Under the pieces are notes generated by a model, which saw only the letters and a program-made list of their open reading frames with translations, was not told the origin of the DNA and ran no database searches. The position numbers and the translations under genes are program-made. Positions 52,883 to 64,000 of a stretch of DNA of 64,000 nucleotides are shown here, piece by piece. The number at the start of each line of letters is the position of its first letter. The stretch's first letter is position 1. The stretch lies in assembly GCA_012295275.1 (NCBI GenBank), contig CM022669.1:11408001-11472000 (forward strand), in the 5' to 3' direction. This DNA is from Chrysomallon squamiferum (lineage: Eukaryota > Animalia > Mollusca).

Positions 52883-54024
52883 AAAGTTTATACAATTTTA
52901 AAAATAGAGAAAAATACTCTTTTTTTCACGACATAAATAAAACACGATTACCACAGGAAAGTAATATAGCAAACAAATTTTTTAGAAGTATAAATTATTT
53001 TCAACAAAGATTAAAATCATTTGCCGGAAAACGAAACGTGTTTCAAAGTTCACCTCCACGAATTTTATTGTGTGCTTAAAAGTTACTCATCACTAATTAA
53101 TCAAAAATAATTTCTTTCTCGCCAAGCTGAACTTAAGACAAGTTTTATTTCAACAGATGCAGCACAATCAGATGCTATCTGATAAAGATAATGTGTCTGG
53201 ATTGCCACAAATAGTTATTATATTTTCCTCGCCCGCGGCTGACATATAGAAGATGAATAATCAGATGAAAAACTGTTTCTGTTTTGATCAAAACACATTA
53301 AGTAAAGTTTAATTTTGATTCCAGACATTTTAATATGCAACATTCTATTTATTTTTAAAGATATAATTTTGAAGAAAACAGATATATATAAAAAAATATT
53401 TTGAAAAAGCAAAGACGTAAAAAAATATTTTTATTTCATTTCATTGATTTTTGTCCCTTTTTCTTCATAGATTTTATATATATATATATTGAAATATTTG
53501 AGATCAAAATCAGCAGATTTTTAACAAATTTACATACATACATATATTTATATGTGTTTACAGTTTAAACCCTTTAGCCATATCATTTATTCTTAACTCG
53601 TAATAACTCAATTCATCCATCTTTTTCATTCTCTGTCTCCACATCTCCACATTTTTCATTCTTTTTGAAAACCTTCCGAAACTGTAGGGAGCAGAGCTGT
53701 AAATAAAATTTTCCTCTCATAAATCCAAAGAAACGTTATGAATATTCCACCTCTGTTACAGTGCGTAGTAATTTTTTCCAGATTCAATTTCCACTGAGCG
53801 CTCTGGTGACAGAAAACTTGTTGCAGTCGGCGAGTCTGTAACTCTGACATTAATTTAGTGGTGAGAAGTTGAGAGAGGAAGAGAAAATCTGATTTGTGTC
53901 CGAGTATAATTCTATCTCGTGTGTGTGACAGGCCAGATTGGGAAATTGGTCAAATACTTGAGTTTCGGAAGTCGCCGGGTTGTTACGTCTGTGTCAAACG
54001 TTTATGACGTTTGTGTCATTTCAA

Positions 54025-54026
<2 letters not shown>

Positions 54027-54055
<29 letters not shown>
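54027..54055. repeat. (CTG)n trinucleotide repeat (~9 units)
   Basis: Read directly. Confidence 0.9.
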
Positions 54056-54139
54056 AAACGATCCACGGTCGCTTGTGTTGTTGATTCTGTCAAATGTATA
54101 GATACTTTTTAGAAAATACTGCTGATGTATGGTGGTTCT

Positions 54140-54146
54140 ATCTATA

Positions 54147-54232
<86 letters not shown>

Positions 54233-54257
54233 GATATATCTGTATGTCTATGTATGT

Positions 54258-54292
<35 letters not shown>

Positions 54293-54480
54293 GTTGTTTG
54301 TTTACAAACACACACATACATGTATTTATGAATGTATGTATATATGTATATATGTTGTGTGTATGTACGTGTGTGTGTGTGTTTATATATATTTATATAT
54401 ATATGTTGTTTGTATGTGCATGTTTGTGTGTATGTATGTATACAAACGCACACATGCATGTATTTATGTATGTATATGTA
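54140..54480. repeat. (TCTG)n/(TCTA)n tetranucleotide repeat followed by TG/TA low complexity
   Basis: Read directly. Confidence 0.9.
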
Positions 54481-55369
54481 TTATTTTGGACAATTATTAA
54501 TATCTGCAGTAACATTTCAAATATTTTATTATTTATTTATTATTGTTTAACTATAGACAGGTTTTTTTTCCAGTTATTTTAATATGCATTTGTTTAATAT
54601 ATTTTATTATTTAAATATATAGATAGATATATGTAATTGTGTACAGACGGTCAGACAGATGTATATATGAGTCGATGAGTAGATGGACAGACAGATGTCT
54701 GACTGGATAGACAGAAGGACAGATATGTGACTGGATGCAAGAATGATGGATGAAATCGATTCCTAAAAATAAATAACCGCTTACTATAATTTACAACCAG
54801 TTCAACAGAAATAAAAAACATTTTCGAATTACATGTGATCAATGATATATTTCTTTTCTTGAATAAATAGGTACTTTCATATCACTCAAACTTGACAGTA
54901 TCAATTTCTACAATGATTCCATTCACTGAAATCAAATATAGAGTGAGCGTTCACTGAAGAACACGATTAGAAAAGAAAAACTATCAGCTAAACATGACCA
55001 TGACTAAGGCAAACGAAATTAGAAAAAAAAATAAAAATAAAAAATAAAAAAATAATAAGAGGAAAAAGCAAAATGTATAGATTTCTGTTCTGTTGCATAA
55101 TTAACACTATTTACTTGTCAGCTGATCTGATCACTGGGACGTTGGAGATATCGAGTTTAACTGACAGAAACTAAATAGTCACATCGCCTCTCAACACGGT
55201 AATAATTTCATTCCACTGGAGAATGATGGGTTTTCTATAAGCCACCGTTGTTCAGTGTTAAGCCTATTGTTTTCTGCCTGATGACTTCTGAGCTGTCATC
55301 CAAGTAAAACTTTTCATCCGTAGTTAATGGCGAGGGTGTAAAAGACCAATGAAGGTTTAATTCCTTCCT

Positions 55370-55691
<322 letters not shown>

Positions 55692-56188
55692 AATGTCATA
55701 ACTATTATTATTATTATTATTACTGGTGCTGTTTTAATATTATTATTAGCATTATATTATTATTATTAATAAATATATTTTTTAATTTAAATTTTTAATC
55801 TATTTTACATTCTTACTCGGAATTAATTAACATTAAAATAACAACAACGTAACAACAATAAATAAACAAATAAACAAACAAAATTAACAAAAAACAAAAC
55901 TTACAAAAAGAAAAAAAGTTTTAATAAACTCTAATTAATCTGCAGACTTAATTAACGTAGCTATTACGATGGTTAATAAATTACGCGAAGAGCAATTTCA
56001 CTGCCACGGAGAACGGAAAGTCGTTTAACAGATCTCTGACTTGGAAACTGCGGCCTGTTTTACTCAGTAGGTGGCTGTTGGGGTTTAGTCGAATTAGAAA
56101 GTTAATTAAATCTTCAAACAAAACGTAAGGAAATGATGATAAATTGATACACTAAAATTAACAGTGTCAAACTGTTTTGTGTCAATAA

Positions 56189-56221
<33 letters not shown>

Positions 56222-56879
56222 AACAAAAAAAAAAACCTCATGTACGTTAATGACGCTTTTAAGTAAAAAAAAAATTTTTTTTTAATTTTTTTTATTTTTT
56301 TTTTTTTTAAATCTGGTATTACAATTGTGGCGCAGTTTATTTTGGTTACGTAAGAATTATAATTATTTTTTACGATTTACGTTCATGTTCTTAGAGTTTG
56401 CAGGGACGTAATTAAAATTAAAAAACTTATTTGTTTTTATTTGTTCTTCTTCTTGACATTATTGTTGTCATCATCATCATCTCAAAGCTCTTATTTTGTT
56501 TGATCCAAACAATAAAACTGAAAAAGAATTTAAGAAAATGTTCGATAAAATCAAAGTAATTAATTAACAACGACAATAACAATAACAATAACAATAATGA
56601 TGATGATGATGATAACGTATTGAAGTGTGCACAGTAATAGCTAAAATGAAATGATGGTGATAATAAAGATAATGATGATGATAATACTAATACTAATACT
56701 AATAATATAATAATTATAATGATAATAACGTAATGAATTATGCAATTATAACCATAGACAATGAGATGATGATGACAATGATAATGATGATGATTATAGT
56801 AATAATCATAATAACAACGTTAGGAAATGTTCGGTTATAGCCACAGATACTATTCTGTAGCATGCAAGAGGCCATTTTG

Positions 56880-57015
56880 ACTTAATAACAGTTTTTATTC
56901 TGCTGTCGCCGTCGAACACGCAATTTTACCTTTGATGTCAACTAACCAATCAGAGACGCTGTCACATCAGACCGTTACGTAATCACTCTAACAGTATTGG
57001 TTTTATTGATTGCTC
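56880..57015. promoter_or_regulatory. Motif-dense island with an NF-Y-type AACCAATCAG and a bZIP palindrome TTACGTAA
   Basis: CCAATCAG at 56946-56953, CTGTCA at ~56959 and TTACGTAA at 56975-56982. Confidence 0.35.
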
Positions 57016-57467
57016 TGTTGTGAAAACACTCAGATGAAGTGCCTATGACAATATTTATTTACAAAATTGTATATACTTCAGAGAGATGAGCGTTCAGAGG
57101 TCTGTCTGTAGTTTTGTCAGAATGAATTATATATTGACAGAATTACTCAGTTTTCTTTATGGTGAAAATATGTGTAAACAAAGTTCTGAGCAAATTAAAA
57201 AAAAAAAAAAAAAAAAAAAAATAAAGAAAGAAAGGATTTTTGCTTCTTAATTTTTTATTTTATTATTTATTTCATTCTATTCCTTTCAGTTTATTTATTT
57301 ATTTGTAAAGTTAAGCTCATTAATTATTCGAACACTAAGTCATAAAGATAATTAATCAAACAAATGAAAGTAGATCGTTTTCTTCTTCTTTCTTTCTTTC
57401 TTTCTTTCTTCCTTTTTCTTGTTTTCTTTCTTAATTCCTTTTTTCTTACATTCTTTCTTTCTTTATT

Positions 57468-57545
57468 TCTTCTTCTTCTTCTTCTTCTTCTTCTGCTTCT
57501 TCTTCTTCTTCTTCTTCTTCTTCTTCTTCTTCTTCTTCTTCTTCT
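57468..57545. repeat. (CTT)n trinucleotide repeat
   Basis: Read directly. Confidence 0.95.
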
Positions 57546-58057
57546 TTTATCGGCTTTGCGCCTTTCCTATAAAAATACCATACCTCTGTGTGTGTGTGTG
57601 TGTGTATGTCTGTCTGTCTTTCTGTGTTTCTGTACGTGTGTCTCTGTCTGTCTGCCTGTGTATATATGTTTGCGCATGTATGTTTATGTGTGTGTGTCAT
57701 TTTTGTTAATAAGTTTTCTTTTGTACAAAATAAATACTATCTCACACATATTGTAATCACACGTTTCAAAATCTAATAAAGCCACAACACTTTCTACTGC
57801 GGTGTTTTCAGACGTCAAGTTCAAACAGACCCCACATGGATATTGTTTTATTTCACCACAGCTGTTACGTAATAACACTAAAAGTGATTGGCTTCTTCGC
57901 ACTCTCTTTCTGTTCATTTTTTTTAGTTTTCATCGTGTTGGACTCGATTGTAATTTGACTTCTACTACTACTTGTATAAGTTGTGGACGTATTTACAATT
58001 ATTGTTGGGCTTTTTATATTTATGTTTGTGTTTGCATGGATCCATTATATGTGTGTC

Positions 58058-58059
<2 letters not shown>

Positions 58060-58148
<89 letters not shown>
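58060..58148. repeat. (CT)n microsatellite
   Basis: Read directly. Confidence 0.95.
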
Positions 58149-58151
<3 letters not shown>

Positions 58152-58449
58152 ATTTTTGTGGTGTCGGGTGTGCGTGTGTAGACAAGCGTTTGTTAGGAAT
58201 TCATTACACATTTAGTTTTTTTATTTATCACACTAATTATCATCGTCATTATTATTACTTGTTTTTTACTTGCTGTTATTTATTATTGTTATTATTTTAA
58301 TTCTTGACATTTTGTGTACTTTGAATTTGTTGTTGTAGTTGATGTTATTAAAGTTATTAATCTTGTAGTAGATGATGACATTGCTCAGGTTTGTCGGTGA
58401 CGTTGTTATAAATACGTTATGTAATTATCAGATTTTATTTTATTATTTT

Positions 58450-58493
<44 letters not shown>

Positions 58494-58784
58494 ATGTACA
58501 GACATGAACACGAATAAATAAATAAAGTTAACAAAATGATTCTTAATAATTACAACACACTGTTAAATTTCAAATCAGTTATAAATAAACTGATCTATAT
58601 TTTAAATTTAATTTACAAATACCACAATTTAAATAAATTCTGCTCATTAAAATCAATAAACAACACTAATTGTTTCAGAAACAACAACAACAACCCACAC
58701 ATTCTCTCTCTCTCTCTTTTTTTTTATTTATTTTACCAAAAAAAAAAAAAAAGTTTTATTTTTCCATCTGCTTTCAATTATTTT

Positions 58785-58818
<34 letters not shown>

Positions 58819-59056
58819 TCCTTTCATCAGTGAATTTATCAATTTACCAGATCATCTAGCCATCCATCCATTTGAGCACACGATACATGCAACCTCAATA
58901 ATTCATCAACAATGCACACAATTAATTTGATCTTTGAAAGAACACGAAATTATGAAATTTCAAAATGGGCATCGGTTCAGATGGAACATTTTATGTCGTT
59001 CCGCCTGGAACAATGATTGTTAAAATTTTTTTTTTTTTTTTTTTTATTTTTTTTTT

Positions 59057-59095
<39 letters not shown>

Positions 59096-59407
59096 AATGG
59101 TGTAGTAATTGCGTTGTCTTCAAAGGCTCTGGTGATGCGTACTGGAGTGAACTCACTCAAAGTGTTTCATTAAAAAGACAATGAGTTGTGTTAGTGATGA
59201 TTTCCCAGAGGATGATGTCGGTAGATAGCTCAGAAATGGAGCAGAAACCTTCCACGTGTGGTTCTGCCTCCTGTTGCCAATCACCAGCTCAACTAGGCTT
59301 GGTTCAAATCTCCCCAGGGGAAAACACGGATACAGACAAATAAACATATACACAACATTCGCACCGGCAGAAACACACACAGGTATTTATGTATGTACAC
59401 ATATACA

Positions 59408-59591
<184 letters not shown>

Positions 59592-59763
59592 CTCACACAA
59601 ACAATGATGAAGACACCCAAAGACGAAGAATGCAAGGGACAGAAGAGACAAAGCACAAACGCACATACATTGTACATGAAAATATAAACACCTAGACATG
59701 TATTTACTCCCTCTATTTTCTCTCTCTCTCTTTACCTTTCTTTCTTTCTTTCGTTCTTTCTTT

Positions 59764-59765
<2 letters not shown>

Positions 59766-59846
<81 letters not shown>
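59766..59846. repeat. (CA)n microsatellite
   Basis: Read directly. Confidence 0.95.
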
Positions 59847-59847
<1 letters not shown>

Positions 59848-60343
59848 ATGAAACAAACAACATAAACCTAAAGCACCCCGGACAATATATTAATAAATTA
59901 AAGCTATGTCTTATCACACAGGTGAGAAATAAATATGTTGATTAATTTCTCATTCATTAATTCATTAACTAACGTATTTCTGACTCAGTGATTACATCTA
60001 CAGATGCTAAATGTAAAAATGTGATGAAAATAAAATTAAAATAAGAATGTATTTTTTTCAGAGGTCGTAAAGTACGTCTGGTGTAACATAACATGACCTT
60101 GTTTTACTTACTAGTGGCTCTTTGTAATTGTCAACCTCAGCCACAGTAAGTTTAAACACAAGAACAAAAAAAAAACAAAAAAAAACAACAAAACAAAAAA
60201 TGAAAATCGAATTCCAGTTTTATAGGTTGATACAAACAGTTTGCAGATTAAATAATAATGATAATAATAATAATAACAATAATAATAATAATAATAATAT
60301 TGTTGTTCTTTATTTATTATTTTATTTTATTTTTAATTTCCTT

Positions 60344-60379
<36 letters not shown>

Positions 60380-61194
60380 GATATATGTATGTATGTAAGT
60401 ACATATGGATGTATATATGTGTGTATGTGTATGTATGTATGTGTGTATGTATTTATCTGTATGTATATGTATGTATACAGATGCAGTAGTAATAGACAAA
60501 CGAAGGTTCATTCATGACATAGCAAAAGCGAAACTTAACCAATCGTTTTTATTATAAATAAGATTTTATTATTAAATTATACAGAAGAACTTACGTTCAT
60601 CGACTATTATGAAATTTTGAAACAATCTGCTATCACATTATTTTGTTTAAGTCTAATATAAGACTATATAACAGATATATTTAGCCAGATATTAAATAGC
60701 TGATTCTCTGCAACCTGATTAAAACGAAAGAAATACAATTGGGGAGAACAACTACTAGATTTTTCTCCTTTGTTTGTTTGTTTTTTTTTTTTTAAATTAT
60801 TTGTTTGTTATTTATCTGATTTTTTTTTTTTTTTTTTTTTTGGTTTGTTTGTTTGTTGTTTGTTTGGGTTTTTTATTATTATTATTATTATTTGTTTGTT
60901 ATTTGTTTAAATAATCGTTCAGTGTTCATTAGGCATTCCGTTTATGATCGGTTTTGCTTCATGTAGCTTTTTAAACACGGTAGAGGGAATAAAGACAACA
61001 CATTTTTATCTTTTTATTAATTAAATAACAGCGATAATGTAGCACTTAATGACATAGCATACAGAACTTAAACGACGTTCCAAAAGGTTTTAAACAGTAA
61101 TAATAATAATAATAACGATGATGATGATGATGATAATGGCAGCCCTATTACAATGTATGCTTGTATTCTTTTTTTCCTTTTTACAGTCTACCGT

Positions 61195-61294
<100 letters not shown>

Positions 61295-62023
61295 TGAATA
61301 TCAAAATACTAAACACTCATTTTAATTAATATTGTGATTTTTACTGATATAGCTAAAACACAAAAACTATACAGAGTAACCATCGCAGATCTACAGGTAA
61401 AACGCTAAAGGTAAACTAACGAAAACAGAAATGCATTTATCAAGTAAATGCATGGTAATGGCAACGATTTACTTAAAGTTACCAAAAAAAAAAAAAAAAA
61501 TAGAAAAAACCCAACAACATCTGATCTGTCTGAAATCTTTACCATCTAAACGTAACATTTCGTAAAGAATTCAGTCTGGCACTGGAACTTGTGGCTCGAT
61601 CTTTTTTAACTCGTTCTTAAACCGCGTTTAAGTAAGAACAATCGAACTGCTGCCTGCAGGGGAAAATGATGACTATTACGTGCACCTTCGACACAAAACT
61701 TTAACCACGTTAATTGTTTTTACACTCCGCGGAACTTGCACACAACTGGAACCCAAGCAAAATGTTTGCCGTCATTCTTCGCTGAAGAGATAAAACAGCA
61801 ACAAATGGAGAAATGCAACTAGACTTAGCTTTTTTTTTTTTTTTTCCTTTTTTTTCTTCTTTTTTTTTTTTTTTCATCCCGCGCTTCCAACTGGAGAAAC
61901 GTAAGCTATGTACTGATGAAATGGACCAGAAAAGTAAAGGAAAAACCCCAGAGTGGTTTCAGGGATTTCTGTTTCTCTATTTTTTATTCTCCATTTTTAC
62001 CATTTCTTCTTCTTCTTCTTCTT

Positions 62024-62065
<42 letters not shown>

Positions 62066-62093
62066 GTTTATATGTATATAAATTTAGAAAATT

Positions 62094-62124
<31 letters not shown>

Positions 62125-63381
62125 TACACTTTATTCAGCTGTATTTGATTGATAATTCTTGTCGTTCTTATTTTATTTTTTTTTTTTTTTTTATTTTTTT
62201 TTTTTATTCTTCGACTTCTTTTTCAATGGAAAATCGAGATTTTATTTCCGTAATTTTTTTTTATGGCATGTTAGAAAGTGAAAATGAGAGTAATGTTTAT
62301 CTAACATTTAGTTTCTTCTACTGTTTTACTTCAGCGGGTTTTTTTTTTTTTTTTTTCGCCCAGTTTGAACTGTATTAGACAAGAAGTGAGAAAATCCAGC
62401 TGTATACTTGTTTAGTTTGTCACTGTAGAGACAGAACATTGCACAGAACTCTCATAGCCTCAGATCTGAGTTTTATTAAGGCGAAGATGGGTGTAATATG
62501 CTGTGATAGGTTCAATGCAACTGAAAAAACCCACAGAAAAACGTTTTTACGATTTAATCTAAATTAAATATTAAGATATAATACAGCGTTGAAAAAAAAT
62601 TTAATTAAAAAAAGAAAGTGAAAAAAAATAATAATAAAAGAAGAAGAAGAAGAAGAAGAAGAAGAAAAGAAAAAAGAAAGAACAACGGCGAGAATTAACA
62701 ATCGAATACAGCTGAATAAAGTCTATTTTTTAAAATAACCAATTTTCTACATTTTTATATATAAATCTCTTTATATATATAAATATTTAATTCACAAGAC
62801 ATTTTTATCTTTAATAATAATAAAAATAATCAAATTAAAAAAATAGAAAAAAAAAAATTCTTTGACGAAAACGAGGCCATCTACGACAAATTAATCACAC
62901 TAACACACAGATAACAATATTTTCCCCCCAGTAATTAAAACAAAGACCCACATGATATGACTAAAAGCTTGAACGACTTTGAATTACGCTGACGTTGTTT
63001 TCTCAAAGTAGATACCAGAAATATTAGTTTCCTTAAACACTTGACATTGCAGAAACTCGAGTGTTTAAAATCTCACGTTGATTTCATAATTACTGCGAAA
63101 AATGTCATGTCTCGTTAATCGATGTTGATTTTAAATCCAATTGCGACGGTCTTGGAAACAATTATTGTCATCGAGGTCGACACACAAATGAAACCATGGT
63201 TGAAATAGTTTTTGTTTTGGCACGTAGCATCTGTTTTTATTATTAATTGTGTGGATTTAAACAAGTAAAAAAAAAAAAAAAAAAAAGTATATAATAATAG
63301 TCGAAGCAGTTAACAACAAAAACAAACAAAGAAACAATATATATAAATAAAATAATAATAATATAAAATTACTGTTTATTA

Positions 63382-63527
63382 TAGTAGTGGTAGTTGTTGT
63401 AGTATTTGCTGTAACAGTAGCAGCAGCAACAGTAGCAGCAGTAGTAGTTGTAGTAGCAGTAGTAGTAGTAGTAGTAGTAGCAGCAGCAGTAGTAGTAGCA
63501 GCAGCAATAGTAGTAGTAGTAGTAGTA
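63382..63527. repeat. (GTA/GCA)n trinucleotide repeat
   Basis: Read directly. Confidence 0.92.
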
Positions 63528-64000
63528 TTTTAGTATTTTAGTATTTTGGTTTAATAAATTAATTTAATTGCAAATTTTTGACGTCAAGACTTTATTTAGC
63601 CTGTTTTTATTTTTCAGTTTAATATATAATTTTGTATTTTGATTTTTTTAGCACTAGAAGGAGATCTGTAATTTAGCTTTTTATTTGATTCTGTCGTTTA
63701 ACGTTTTCGGTTATCGTATTCTGGAAAGATAATAACAGACCATGTTTACATCATTAGTCTAAAAAAAAACATCCTATGTATCATTAATTTGAAAAAAAAA
63801 AAAAATAGAAAAAAGAAGAACAGACCATATTTATATGGAAATAGCATAACGGGCTATATTTACATTATCGGTTTCAAAACAGAATAATAGTAAAGGAACC
63901 TCACCGTCAGATGATTGAAAATAGAATATTAATTCGTGATTACATGTTTCTGAAAATAAAAATAATAACATAAATTTTTTTTTTTTAAATTAAAAATTAT

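Overview
This is very AT-rich eukaryotic genomic DNA, almost entirely non-coding, with dense microsatellites, homopolymer runs and several minisatellites. The style suggests a metazoan, plausibly an octopod/cephalopod mollusc; that taxon call is inference from composition only. None of the supplied ORFs looks like a real protein, since nearly all are repeat translations. The best gene evidence is missing from the ORF track: an 88-nt minus-strand coding exon (8799->8712) encoding a signal-peptide-like N-terminus, MMSEQSSLIHGLYFTVSLLAVVLWSSFTP. It has a CACC-ATG context, an in-frame upstream stop, and ends at a phase-1 CAG|GTAGGT donor. Strong acceptors at 9347 and 9608 and a CpG-rich island at ~29.9-30.3 kb carrying a cluster of minus-strand donors suggest the 5' end of a large gene for a secreted or membrane protein, running off the left edge. 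The most striking structures are (1) a young 87-bp (3x29) tandem array facing an older inverted copy of itself, a ~1.5-kb foldback at 41.6-43.1 kb; (2) a 2-kb 34/35-bp minisatellite with higher-order periodicity; and (3) dozens of 200-500-bp high-complexity islands that look like a dense cis-regulatory landscape. I found no tRNA, rRNA, CRISPR array or autonomous transposon, and no system I can confidently call novel.
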